DNA of 64,000 bases, from the NCBI GenBank assembly GCA_050174015.1, contig JBFXKG010000006.1, positions 157,219-221,218 on the forward strand. The letters run 5' to 3'. Origin of the DNA: Candidatus Krumholzibacteriia bacterium (lineage in GTDB: Bacteria; Krumholzibacteriota; Krumholzibacteriia; LZORAL124-64-63). The first letter of the stretch is position 1. Each line of letters opens with the position of its first letter. This document shows positions 18,676 through 28,231 of the stretch, one piece after another. The position numbers and the translations under genes are program-made. The notes below the pieces were generated by a model. That model saw only the letters and a list, made by a program, of their open reading frames with translations, was not told where the DNA came from and ran no database searches.

Positions 18676-21348
18676 TCAGCGGAGATGGACCGCCTCGACG
18701 CTTTCTCCCGGGAGCCACCCGACCCATTCCCCGCCCAGGCTGACGCGGACCCATCCCTCCCGTTCACCCTCGAGGTTCACCGTCAATCCGTCGTGGACCT
18801 CGAAGAGAACCGGGAAGGTGGGCGCCGGACCCGAGCGGACCGAGGCCTCGGCCGCCGTGACCACGCCGAGATCCCTCACCTGGTCCTGGTAGAAGCGCCA
18901 GCCGGTGGAAGCCGAAGCCAGGGTCAGGACCCCCAGAACGGCCAGCATGATCCGGCGCAAACCGTCGGTCACTCCCCCTGCATACCACGACCAGACCACC
19001 AGGCCCGCCAGGATCCAGACCAGGACCAGGACAGCCGCCCCCCACTGGTCGACCGTGAAGGACCGGACCATTCCCGCGATCTGGGCGATGAACAGCGGCA
19101 GTTCCCCCTCGTTGAGCTCCAGATCCTGGATGTGCCGCCGGACCCAGGCGAGGTTCGCCTGGATGTCGCCATCCCCGGGGGCGAGCTTTTCGGCCCTCAG
19201 ATAGCTGGCGACCGCCTTGCCCAGCTGACCGGAACGCGCGTAGGCGTTCCCCAGGTTGTAGTGGAGGACCGGATCGTCCACCCCGAGGTCCCGGGCCTGG
19301 AGATAGAGATCCAGGGCGCGGTCCACCGCGCCCTCGGTGTAGGCCTGGTTGCCCTCGGCCAGCAGGCGGACGGGATCGCTGCCCGGCCTGGGCTGGGCCC
19401 AGACCCGCCCCTGGGCGGGGATCAGGCACAGGATTCCGCCCAGGATCAAGAGAGCCGCACCTGTGCCCCACGGGACGCGCCTTGGCTTCCTCCTGCCACC
19501 TGCGGCATCCAGGGTCCGGAGAATCCGGATGAGATCTTCGGACAGCCCGGAGAGGGCCGCCCCCTCCCCCCCGCCGAAGCGGGCCGCATCGCACACCGCG
19601 AGAATCTCCTGGAGCGCATCGCCCTCCGCCGGATGCCCGTGGTCCCTGGCGTAGGCGGCGACCGTCCTGCCGTCCACGGCCGCGGGAGGCTGGTCGAGGC
19701 GATCGGCCACGTAGCCGCAAAGGGCCCTGGCCAGGGCCGCACCGGCCAATGCGGGATCGGTCTCCTCCGCGCCGGTCTTCACCTCGCCCAGGGCCTTCTC
19801 CAGGGCCCGACGCCGGCGCAGGCCGGCCGGATCCCGCAGTTCCCGGGCGGATTTCTCCAGGACCATTCGCCAGCCCGCGAGCAGACCGAGCGGCGCCAGG
19901 AGCAGGATCCACCACAGGGGCCCGCCGGTGAAGGCCGCTCCGGTGGCGGACAGGTCGCGAGGCACGGGGTGGATGAAGGCGAGGTCCTCGCCGAGGCGGG
20001 CGATCTCGCTGCGCAGGAAACCCGAAGTCTCGGCGCCCTGAATGGGGTCTTCACCCGGCTCCACGGGGACCGGATCGAACGCCGCCACGGCGGTCCTGAA
20101 GGCGCCGGCCTTGGCATCGAACCACACCACCTGGACCGGAGGAATGACCAGGCTGTCGGCAAGCGACGGGACGATGACCTTTTCGGTGACCACTTTTCCC
20201 AGCAGCCGCGAATCCTGGATCGAGGTCTCGAAATGCTCGGCCGCGTCGTGGATCCGGCTGCCGGGCGGACCCTCGACCTCGAGTCCCGGGAATCCCTTGA
20301 GGAAACCGTCGGAGACCAGCTGGACCTTCAATCCGATGGGCTCCCCCTGGACCGCCGCCTCCTTGTCCAGGCTTCCCTCCAGATCGAGACGGCTCGCCAC
20401 GATGCCGCTGAATCCCTCGGGAACCGGGCCGGGCAGGTCCGAAACCCGGATGATCAAGGAATCTGTCCGGAGCACGCGCGGGCCCCGCTGCTGCTGGCGG
20501 GAGCTGAAGAACAGGTCGAAGACGTCTTCCTGGAAGGTCAGGACGGCTGGCTCGATGACCAGGTCCCCCGTCCGGGTGGGGAAGAGGGCGTATCGCTTCT
20601 GGGTCACGTTGTAGGAGAGGCCCTGCACGACTTCGCGGAAGTTGCGCTCGGTGCCCAGGTCCTCCCTCCAGAACCCCTCGGTCCGCGGTTCCGTGAACCC
20701 GGGGTTGTTCCAGGGCCTGACCCGCCACCAGTACCGGAACGTCAGGATGATCTGCTGGCCGACATGGGCCTCGTTCCGGTCCGCCTCGAGAGTGATGAAG
20801 ACATCCTCGCCCGGCGACCCCGCCCTGGCCGACCCGCCTGATCCCTTCCTCGGAGCAGGGGTCCCGGAGCTGCCGGGACGGCGAACGCGGTTGCCGGAAT
20901 CCGCCGGAGGAATCCCGCCACCCGATCCCGCGTCCACCTCGATGGGAATGGCTTCGGTCCGGCACTCGTCCCGGCCCGAAACGATGAGGACCGGGGGAAT
21001 GGTGAAATCCGCGTCGCCGACCACGGTCAGATAGTAGGTCCGGCTGACGGACGTCTGGGTCCTCCCGTTGACCATGGTCATGCTCTGGTTGGTGCCGCCG
21101 CCGGCCAGCCGAACGCCGGACGGGGCCTCCAGGTCGAATTCCGCCGACCAACCGACGTCCCCCTCGGCCTTGACCGTCAGGACGACCACGCCCCCGACTG
21201 CGACGGTGGTGCGGTCGACCTCCGCGGAGCAGGTGAAGGCCCGCGCCGTCCCCGGTCCGCCCAGGACCGCGATCGCCAGGACCGCCAGACCCGTCAGGCC
21301 GGCGAGGAATCGTTGCGGCTCGCGACTGCCCACCATCCTTCTCACCAC
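18676..21348 (-). CDS. BatD-BatE-like fusion (oxygen-tolerance domains, TPR, TM, SH3b)
   Basis: Signal peptide, BatD-like beta domains, TM, TPR (YNLGNAY), C-terminal SH3b (VRSGP...GWL). Confidence 0.8.
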   Translation of the reverse strand: MVRRMVGSREPQRFLAGLTGLAVLAIAVLGGPGTARAFTCSAEVDRTTVAVGGVVVLTVKAEGDVGWSAEFDLEAPSGVRLAGGGTNQSMTMVNGRTQTSVSRTYYLTVVGDADFTIPPVLIVSGRDECRTEAIPIEVDAGSGGGIPPADSGNRVRRPGSSGTPAPRKGSGGSARAGSPGEDVFITLEADRNEAHVGQQIILTFRYWWRVRPWNNPGFTEPRTEGFWREDLGTERNFREVVQGLSYNVTQKRYALFPTRTGDLVIEPAVLTFQEDVFDLFFSSRQQQRGPRVLRTDSLIIRVSDLPGPVPEGFSGIVASRLDLEGSLDKEAAVQGEPIGLKVQLVSDGFLKGFPGLEVEGPPGSRIHDAAEHFETSIQDSRLLGKVVTEKVIVPSLADSLVIPPVQVVWFDAKAGAFRTAVAAFDPVPVEPGEDPIQGAETSGFLRSEIARLGEDLAFIHPVPRDLSATGAAFTGGPLWWILLLAPLGLLAGWRMVLEKSARELRDPAGLRRRRALEKALGEVKTGAEETDPALAGAALARALCGYVADRLDQPPAAVDGRTVAAYARDHGHPAEGDALQEILAVCDAARFGGGEGAALSGLSEDLIRILRTLDAAGGRRKPRRVPWGTGAALLILGGILCLIPAQGRVWAQPRPGSDPVRLLAEGNQAYTEGAVDRALDLYLQARDLGVDDPVLHYNLGNAYARSGQLGKAVASYLRAEKLAPGDGDIQANLAWVRRHIQDLELNEGELPLFIAQIAGMVRSFTVDQWGAAVLVLVWILAGLVVWSWYAGGVTDGLRRIMLAVLGVLTLASASTGWRFYQDQVRDLGVVTAAEASVRSGPAPTFPVLFEVHDGLTVNLEGEREGWVRVSLGGEWVGWLPGESVEAVHLR

Positions 21349-23240
21349 CGTTTCCCGCTCCGGGGCTTGCCGCCCTTGAGGCGCTGCTGGACGGAGCGCT
21401 TGAGCTCCTCCTCGTCCCGATCGAGGGCGTTGAGGATCTGCATGGCCTGATCCTTCGTCAACTGCTCCGGATCGCCCTCCTGTTCCTGCTCGGAATCCTG
21501 GTCCTGAGGCGGGGATTCCTGTTGCTGTTGCTCCTGTTGCTGCTGTTCCTGTTGTTGCTGGTCCTGTTGTTGCTGTTCTTGCTGCTGCTCCTGTTCCTGC
21601 TGTTCCTGCTGTTGCTGATCCTGCTGCTGTTCCTGTTCCTGCCGATCCTCGCGGTCCTGTTCTCCCTGGTCCTGGTTCTGCTGCTCCTGTTCCTCCTGCT
21701 GCTCTTCCTGCTGCTGCTGGTCGTCCTGACCCTGCTCCTGTTGTTGCTGCTGCTCCTGCATCATTTTCAGGGCCAGTTCGAGATTGAAGAGAGCGTCGGT
21801 CTGATCCGGATCCAGGGCCAGCGATTCACGGAGCTTGGCGGCGGCGGCCTCGGGTTCTCCCGCCCCCAGGAGCGAGGTTCCGGTGTTGTAGAGCGCCTCG
21901 GCGCGCAAATCCGGTTCTTCGGTGAGGGTCAGGGTCCGCTCGAACTCCCGTACCGCGTCCTGATACTGCTCGAGCCGGTGCAGGGTTTCCCCCAGGGCCA
22001 GGCTGACCAGGGGATTCTCGGGATCGTGGACCAGGGCGCTGCCGAACTCCGTCAGTGCGCCCTGATAATCACCCTGGGCGTAGAGATCTCGGCCCCGGGC
22101 CATGGCCTGGGATTCCGGCGTGACGACTCCCGCCGCGGCCCTCCCCGGCGGGCCGAAACCGGCGGCGAGGCCGGCCACGGCAGCCAGCAGGACGGCGGCG
22201 CGCAGATGGCCGGCCTGATCCTGCCGTCTCCGCGGCCTCAGGATCAGGCGCAATCCGAGGCTGCAGAAGGCAAGCAGCAGGGGAATCAGGTAACGCTCCT
22301 GGTAGGCGGAGATCCGCCGGTCCTCGAAGTCCCTCTTGCCCAGACGCTCGAGTTCGACGAAGAGGCGGTCGCCCGCCAGCCCGTCGACCCCGATGCGGAA
22401 GGGAGCGCCGCCGCCCATGGCCGCCATTTTTTCCAGGGACACCATGTCCAGCCTGCTGAGGACGACGTTTCCTTCGGCGTCCTTCAGGAAACCCGCCGGA
22501 CGGCCCTGGTTGTCTGTGACGGGAATGAGCCCTCCGGCCTCGTCCCCCACGCCGACCGGGATGATCCGGATGCCGGCGTCGAGGCAGGCCTGCGCGCCGG
22601 CCTCCCAGTCCCCCTCGAGGTCTTCGCCGTCGGTGACCAGCAGGACGGCCTGGAAGGAGCCCGCGGGGCCGCCCTCCTTGCCCTTGGCCAGAAGTTCCCT
22701 GGCCGCGTCGAGCGCCGAGGCGATGGCCGTGCCCTGCTCGGAGAGCATGTCGGGATCCGCCATGTTCAGGAAGATCTGCGCCGTGCCGTAATCCAGGGTC
22801 AAGGGACACTGGACGAAGGCGGATCCGGCGAAGAACACCAGACCGATCCGGCTGTCCTGGAGCCGGTCCAGGAAGGCTCCGAGTTCGGCCTTGGCTCGCT
22901 CCATGCGGTTGGGGACCACGTCCTCGGCGAGCATGGAATTGGAGATGTCCAGGGCGATGACGACGTCGGACCCCCGCTGGGTGACGGTCACCTCGCTGGC
23001 CCCCCACTGGGGCCGGGCTAGGGCGAGCAGCAGCCAGAAGATCCCGCCGAGGAGCAGGAACCTGTCCCAGGAACGCAGACGCCGGTTATCCCCTTCGACG
23101 TGGGCGGCGGCCTGCTCGCCCAGCAGCAGGGTGCGGCGCCTCCGCGCCCTGCGGTCCCCCGAACGCAGCAGCAGCCAGAGCAGAGGCAGCAGAGGGATCG
23201 CGAAGAGCCAGACCTCCTGGGCGAATTTCAAGACGGACAC
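21342..23240 (-). CDS. BatB-BatC-like fusion (VWA + TPR + Gln-rich tail)
   Basis: LARPQWG, MIDAS DISNS, PLTLD, TDGED, TPRs, poly-Q/E, C-terminal KRW. Confidence 0.85.
   Translation of the reverse strand: MSVLKFAQEVWLFAIPLLPLLWLLLRSGDRRARRRRTLLLGEQAAAHVEGDNRRLRSWDRFLLLGGIFWLLLALARPQWGASEVTVTQRGSDVVIALDISNSMLAEDVVPNRMERAKAELGAFLDRLQDSRIGLVFFAGSAFVQCPLTLDYGTAQIFLNMADPDMLSEQGTAIASALDAARELLAKGKEGGPAGSFQAVLLVTDGEDLEGDWEAGAQACLDAGIRIIPVGVGDEAGGLIPVTDNQGRPAGFLKDAEGNVVLSRLDMVSLEKMAAMGGGAPFRIGVDGLAGDRLFVELERLGKRDFEDRRISAYQERYLIPLLLAFCSLGLRLILRPRRRQDQAGHLRAAVLLAAVAGLAAGFGPPGRAAAGVVTPESQAMARGRDLYAQGDYQGALTEFGSALVHDPENPLVSLALGETLHRLEQYQDAVREFERTLTLTEEPDLRAEALYNTGTSLLGAGEPEAAAAKLRESLALDPDQTDALFNLELALKMMQEQQQQQEQGQDDQQQQEEQQEEQEQQNQDQGEQDREDRQEQEQQQDQQQQEQQEQEQQQEQQQQDQQQQEQQQQEQQQQESPPQDQDSEQEQEGDPEQLTKDQAMQILNALDRDEEELKRSVQQRLKGGKPRSGKRW
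21481..21760 (-). repeat. CAG/GAG-rich low-complexity tract encoding the Q/E-rich linker
   Basis: Imperfect trinucleotide repeats within the BatC-like region. Confidence 0.85.
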
Positions 23241-23271
23241 CTCCCCTCGGTGGTCGGACGGCGGTCGGACG

Positions 23272-24261
23272 TCACGGCAACCTCCTCAGCCAGGTCGCGG
23301 CCAGCAGGAACTCCAGCAGGATCAGGCCCAGGGCCGGACCGGCGAACCAGGCCATGCGCTCGCGGTACCAGGTGCTGACCGAGGTCTCGAAACGGGCCGT
23401 CTCCAGCTCGTCGATGGTGGCGAAAACCTGCAGGAGCATGTCCGCGCTGGTGGCCTGGAACATCCGTCCGCCCGTCAATTCCGCGATCCTGTCCAGGAGG
23501 TCGAGATCCAGCTTGGTCTCGACCTGGCGGGTCCGCCGGCCGAACACCGGATCGTTGACCGGATAGGGCACCAAACCCTCGCGGCCGATGGCGATGGTGT
23601 AGACGCGCACGTCGAGGGAGCGGGCCAGCTCGGCGGCCGTCTCCGGTTCCAGGGTGAACACGTTGTTCACCCCGTCGGTCAGCAGGATGATGGTCTTGCT
23701 CGGGGAATCGGAATGCTTCAACCGGGCGACGGCGGTGGCCAGCCCCAGCCCGATGGCGGTGCCGTCGTCGATCAATCCCACCTGCACCTCGTCCAGGAAC
23801 CCGGTCAGGACCGGGTGGTCCAGGGTGAGCGGACACTGGGTGAAGGCCTTGGCGGCGAAGACGACCAGCCCGATGCGGTCGTGCGGCCGGCCGCCGATGA
23901 ATTCACGGATGACGTCCTTGGCGGATTCGAGGCGGTCTTTGGGGTGGAAATCGAGGGATCGCATGCTGCCGCTGATGTCCAGGGCCAGGACGATGTCGAT
24001 CCCCTCGCCCTCGATGTCCTCGCTGCGGTGGGCGATGCGTGGGCCGGCCGCCGCGACGACCAGGAGCACCAAGGCGATCCCAGACAGCAAGGGCAGCCAG
24101 CGGTAGAAGCGCGTCCGCAGGGTGGGCTTGACCCCGGCCAGGAGGGCCAGATGGGCGTGCCTCAGCACCCCGGGGCCCGGGTCGGACCGCAAGCGGAACC
24201 AGGCCAGGATCAGGGCCACGGGCAGGAGCAGCAAGAGCCAGGGACGGGCGAACTCCATCAT
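23272..24261 (-). CDS. batA: BatA-like VWA domain protein
   Basis: FARPWLL, DISGSM, DRIGLVVF, DGTAIGLGL, LLTDG. Confidence 0.88.
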   Translation of the reverse strand: MMEFARPWLLLLLPVALILAWFRLRSDPGPGVLRHAHLALLAGVKPTLRTRFYRWLPLLSGIALVLLVVAAAGPRIAHRSEDIEGEGIDIVLALDISGSMRSLDFHPKDRLESAKDVIREFIGGRPHDRIGLVVFAAKAFTQCPLTLDHPVLTGFLDEVQVGLIDDGTAIGLGLATAVARLKHSDSPSKTIILLTDGVNNVFTLEPETAAELARSLDVRVYTIAIGREGLVPYPVNDPVFGRRTRQVETKLDLDLLDRIAELTGGRMFQATSADMLLQVFATIDELETARFETSVSTWYRERMAWFAGPALGLILLEFLLAATWLRRLP

Positions 24262-25430
24262 GCGGCGCCCCCCCCTCCCGGGACGGCCGGGGCGGCCTCC
24301 CTTTCGAACCGTCTCCTCAGACCCGCCCACGCCTGGGCGGCCTCGATCATGACGGCCGCGGGAACGGGGGTCGCCACCGGCTCGATCCGCACGGATTCCA
24401 CCCGGACCAGGAATTCGGCCAGGGCGGCCCGGCATTCGTCCGCGGCTGGTTCGGCGGGGCTGAACCTGGCGAGATCCGCGCCGTCGATCAGGCCCGCGAA
24501 GGCGGCGACCGGCTCGTCGGGATAGCCTCGCGCCCGGCAGGCGGCCACGATCTCCCGGCCGGTCATCTCCCGCGCGCCGATGAGATATCGATCGGCCACG
24601 AAGGCCCGCATCACGCCGGCCAGACGATCCAGCTGGAGTTGATGGCGCCCGGCTCCCTCGAGGCCTTCGGCCAGGAGATCGCGGAGGGCGAGGGCGGCCG
24701 CAACCCAGGCCGGCGGCCGGACCGGACGGTGGGGCAGCTCCCGGGCTGGCCGGCGGCGGTTCCAAAGGATGAGCCAGGCCGAGGCCAGCAGGATCCCCGC
24801 GATCAAGAGGAGCCAGAAATCCCGGGTCAGGCGCAGGCCGAAGGGCCTGGGGTCGCGGATGACGGCGGCCTCCCCCGTTCCGGTCACCCTGCCGTTCACC
24901 GTGACGACCCCGCTGGAGGCGTCGCCGACCGTGACGATGAAGGGGTGGGGGCGATACACCCGGAAGGCGCGGAGGGTCGCGGCGACGCCGGGTGGGAGCG
25001 CGGACGGCGCGGACGGCACGCCTTCCTGACCCGCGGGCAGGGGCGCCGTCGCCAGCCAGTCGGCGTCCGGAGCCAGGACCGAATCCGGCACGGCCTCAAC
25101 GGCCGCCGCGTGGAGCACCTCGATCCAAAGGACGCCGCCGAAGGCCACAGAATCGGACAGGGCCCGGACCGCGGTGATCCCGGGACCCGCGGAAGGCCAG
25201 GAAAGCCGGACCACCGAGGTATCGGCCGGGGCGGCCGGGAGCAGGGGAAGCCCGGCCGTCCCCCCCGGATTCGGACCGTGGGGCGAGCCGCCTGCACCCG
25301 CGCCGGGGAAGATCCCACCCTGCTGGGCTGCGGCGGAGGAACCGAGACCTGCGGTCACGAGCAGACAGGCGGCGGCGAGCCCCCTGATCGGGACGACGGG
25401 GGCCTTCCATCGGCGCCACGCTCCGTTCAT
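24258..25430 (-). CDS. Membrane protein of the Bat operon (hypothetical)
   Basis: Signal peptide, one TM, AREMTGREI...ADLARF segment; coupled to neighbours. Confidence 0.7.
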   Translation of the reverse strand: MNGAWRRWKAPVVPIRGLAAACLLVTAGLGSSAAAQQGGIFPGAGAGGSPHGPNPGGTAGLPLLPAAPADTSVVRLSWPSAGPGITAVRALSDSVAFGGVLWIEVLHAAAVEAVPDSVLAPDADWLATAPLPAGQEGVPSAPSALPPGVAATLRAFRVYRPHPFIVTVGDASSGVVTVNGRVTGTGEAAVIRDPRPFGLRLTRDFWLLLIAGILLASAWLILWNRRRPARELPHRPVRPPAWVAAALALRDLLAEGLEGAGRHQLQLDRLAGVMRAFVADRYLIGAREMTGREIVAACRARGYPDEPVAAFAGLIDGADLARFSPAEPAADECRAALAEFLVRVESVRIEPVATPVPAAVMIEAAQAWAGLRRRFEREAAPAVPGGGGAA

Positions 25431-26341
25431 CGGCTGCGGCTCCTTCTGCGCCCCTCGCGGGCCAGGAAGAAGGCGCGCAGGGGCTCGACGTAGGAGGCGG
25501 TGGCATCGACGTCGACCAGATCCACGCCGTGAGCCAGGAAGACCCTCTCCTGGGCCCGGTCATGGCCGGCGGCCGCCTGGGAAAGTTCCGCCCCCAGACC
25601 GGGGTCGCTGGTGTCCAGGATCATTTCCCGGCCGGTCTCGGCGTCCGCCCAGCGCACCAGCCCCACCGCCGGCAGGCTCGTCTCCCGGGGATCCCTCACC
25701 CTCACCGCAACCATGTCGTGGCGCCTGCCCAGGACCGACAGGCTGGTGGCGAAATCCGGAGCCCAGAAGTCGGACACCAGGAAGATCGTGGCCTTGCGCT
25801 TGAGGACCGACCCGAGCAGGCGGAGGGGCTCGTCGAGGTCGGTCCCTCGGCCCCGGGGCCGGAAGGCCAGCAGTTCCCGGATCAGCCGCAGGACGTGGTT
25901 CCTGCCCTTGGCCGGCGGGATGAACTTCTCGACGGTGTCGGTGAAGATGACCAGGCCCACCTTGTCCTTGTTGGCGATGGCCGAGAACGCGAGCACCCCG
26001 CAGAGTTCGGCCGCGATCTCGGCCTTCAGGCGGCTTCCCGACCCGAAGTACCCGCTGCGGCTCATGTCCACCGCGAGGACCACCGTCAGTTCACGCTCCT
26101 CCTCGAAGAGCTTGACGTAGGGATCCCCGGTGCGGGCCGTCACGTTCCAGTCGATGGTGCGGATGTCGTCCCCTGGCACGTACTCCCGCACCTCCCGGAA
26201 CTCCATGCCGGTGCCCTTGAACACCGAGTGGTACTCGCCGGAGAAGACTTCCTCGACGAGTCTGCGCGTGCGGATCTCTATCCTGCGGACCGCCGCCAGG
26301 ATCTCGGGAGGAATGCCGCTGCCCTGCGTGCGTCCCTTCAT
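25427..26341 (-). CDS. DUF58 domain protein
   Basis: GMEFREVREYVPGDDIRTIDWNVTAR. Confidence 0.93.
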   Translation of the reverse strand: MKGRTQGSGIPPEILAAVRRIEIRTRRLVEEVFSGEYHSVFKGTGMEFREVREYVPGDDIRTIDWNVTARTGDPYVKLFEEERELTVVLAVDMSRSGYFGSGSRLKAEIAAELCGVLAFSAIANKDKVGLVIFTDTVEKFIPPAKGRNHVLRLIRELLAFRPRGRGTDLDEPLRLLGSVLKRKATIFLVSDFWAPDFATSLSVLGRRHDMVAVRVRDPRETSLPAVGLVRWADAETGREMILDTSDPGLGAELSQAAAGHDRAQERVFLAHGVDLVDVDATASYVEPLRAFFLAREGRRRSRSR

Positions 26342-26345
26342 GGCC

Positions 26346-27332
26346 TCAGGGCACCGCGACGTTGTCCAGCAGGGAGCTGACGATGTCGTCGCTGGTCAGG
26401 TTCTCCGCCTCGGCCTCGTAGGTGATCAGGATGCGGTGCCGCAACACGTCGTGTCCGACGGTCTTGACGTCCTCGGGAATGACGAAGGCCCGCCCCTGCA
26501 TCAGGGCCCGGGCCCGGGCCAGCTGGGTCAGGGCGAGCGTGGCCCGCGGCGATGCGCCCCAGGCGATCAGCGGGGCCAGGTCGAGCCCGGCGGCCTCGGG
26601 GTCGCGGGAGGCGAACACGATGTCGATGATGTAGGACTTGATCTTCTCGTCCACGAAGACCGCGTTGACCGCGGCGCGCATGCTGCGGATGCCGGCGGGA
26701 TCGACCACCTTGGCGACCTCGGGCACCGCCTTGCCCGCCATGCGCTCGAGGATGGTCCGCTCCTCTTCCCGGGTCGGGTAGCCGATCTTCAGCTTGAGGA
26801 GGAACCTGTCCACCTGGGCCTCGGGCAGGGGGTAGGTGCCCTCCTGCTCGATGGGGTTCTGGGTGGCGAGCACCAGGAAGGGATCGGCCAGCGGGAAGGT
26901 CTCGCCCCCGATGGTGACCTGCCGCTCCTGCATCGCTTCGAGCAGGGCGCTCTGCACCTTGGCCGGGGCCCGGTTGATCTCGTCGGCGAGGATGATGTTG
27001 CTGAAGACGGGGCCCCGCTTGACCTTGAACTCGCCGGTGTCCCGGTTGTAGATGGTCGTCCCGGTGATGTCGGCCGGCAGCAGGTCCGGAGTGAACTGGA
27101 TCCTGCGGAACTCGGTGTCCACCGTCCTGGCGAGTGTGCTGACGGCCAGCGTCTTCGCCAGCCCCGGCACGCCCTCCAGCAGGATGTGGCCGCCGGTCAC
27201 CAGCCCCATCAGCAGCCCTTCCATCATCTCGCGCTGTCCGACGATCACCTTGCCCGTTTCCGCCAGGACGTCCTGCAGGCGGCGGGAGAACTCCTCGGCC
27301 TGGATCTTGTCCAGGGATTGGTTTCCGGTCAT
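26346..27332 (-). CDS. moxR: MoxR-family AAA+ ATPase
   Basis: EGVPGLAKT, RIQFTPDLLP, DEINRAPAKVQSALLE, ATQNPIEQEGTY. Confidence 0.95.
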   Translation of the reverse strand: MTGNQSLDKIQAEEFSRRLQDVLAETGKVIVGQREMMEGLLMGLVTGGHILLEGVPGLAKTLAVSTLARTVDTEFRRIQFTPDLLPADITGTTIYNRDTGEFKVKRGPVFSNIILADEINRAPAKVQSALLEAMQERQVTIGGETFPLADPFLVLATQNPIEQEGTYPLPEAQVDRFLLKLKIGYPTREEERTILERMAGKAVPEVAKVVDPAGIRSMRAAVNAVFVDEKIKSYIIDIVFASRDPEAAGLDLAPLIAWGASPRATLALTQLARARALMQGRAFVIPEDVKTVGHDVLRHRILITYEAEAENLTSDDIVSSLLDNVAVP

Positions 27333-27487
27333 GACTACCTTCCGTGAGGCGGTGGTGGGGCACCCCGGGGGAAGCCGGGATGATGCGTTGACGCCTTCGC
27401 CGACCGCCTTGATACGAGTGTGAGCGGCGGGAGTTCCCACCGATCGCGGAGGCGGCGGACCCGGAACCTCCCGACCCGGGGGTTCCC

Positions 27488-27516
27488 AAAATACCCAACC
27501 CCTTTTTTCTTGCCAA
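27488..27516 (-). promoter_or_regulatory. Putative sigma70 promoter of the moxR-bat operon
   Basis: TTGGCA-N17-TATTTT on the minus strand. Confidence 0.4.
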
Positions 27517-27621
27517 CCCCTTTGAAAAGTCTTTCAATGAGGCTGTCAACCGGATCGCGAGTACGGGTCCCGCCGCGAATTTTCCCGGTTTCCCGCCAAG
27601 TTTCCCTGACCGGAGGCCGCC

Positions 27622-27903
27622 GTGAGGCTCAGCAAGAACAAGATCGATTACCTGGCCCACCGGGTCCTGAAGATGGTCCAGGAACACCCCAGGATCCACA
27701 TCATCGCCAACGAGGATCTGCTGCTGCGCGCCGTGGACGACGCCATCTACGACAACATGCACGAAGAGGACGAGATCGACGCACAGGTCGAGAGCCTGAT
27801 CAAGCAGAACGTGAACGAGATCCGGGCCATGGACATGGACGTCGGCGCCCTGCGCAACAAGATGAAGCGCGAACTCGCCCGCAAGCGGAATTTCACCCTC
27901 TGA
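27622..27903 (+). CDS. DUF507-family protein
   Basis: MRLSKNKIDYLA...EDEID...KRELARKRNFTL; RBS GGAGG. Confidence 0.75.
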   Translation: MRLSKNKIDYLAHRVLKMVQEHPRIHIIANEDLLLRAVDDAIYDNMHEEDEIDAQVESLIKQNVNEIRAMDMDVGALRNKMKRELARKRNFTL

Positions 27904-27924
27904 CCGAAGGACGAGGAGCACGCC

Positions 27925-28209
27925 GTGCGATTGACCGAGGAACGCATCGCCGTCCTGGCCCGGCTGGTCAGCGACCGGCTCCTGGACGAGGAGATCGTCG
28001 ACCTGGAGATCGGCGAGGGCGACTTCCGGCACCTGATCGAGAACCTCATCTCGCGCGATCTGAAGATCGAGGACGAGATCGACGAGGAAGCGACCGCCTT
28101 CCTGCTCAAGAACCGACCCAATCTCGAAGAGGGTTCCACCGAGTGGGACGTCGAACTCGAGCGCAAGAAGGAAGATCTCTGCGTCGCCCGAGGATACGTG
28201 GCATTCTGA
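27925..28209 (+). CDS. DUF507-family protein (tandem paralog)
   Basis: MRLTEERIAVLA...EDEIDEE...RGYVAF; RBS GAGGAG. Confidence 0.72.
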   Translation: MRLTEERIAVLARLVSDRLLDEEIVDLEIGEGDFRHLIENLISRDLKIEDEIDEEATAFLLKNRPNLEEGSTEWDVELERKKEDLCVARGYVAF

Positions 28210-28231
28210 TCCCCTCCCGGAGCACCACCCC

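Noticed and set aside
21522..23021. Poly-Leu ORF on the plus strand, and the tract as a possible CRISPR or tandem array
   Set aside because: It is the antisense reading of the CAG-rich BatC-like linker; there is no repeat-spacer periodicity.
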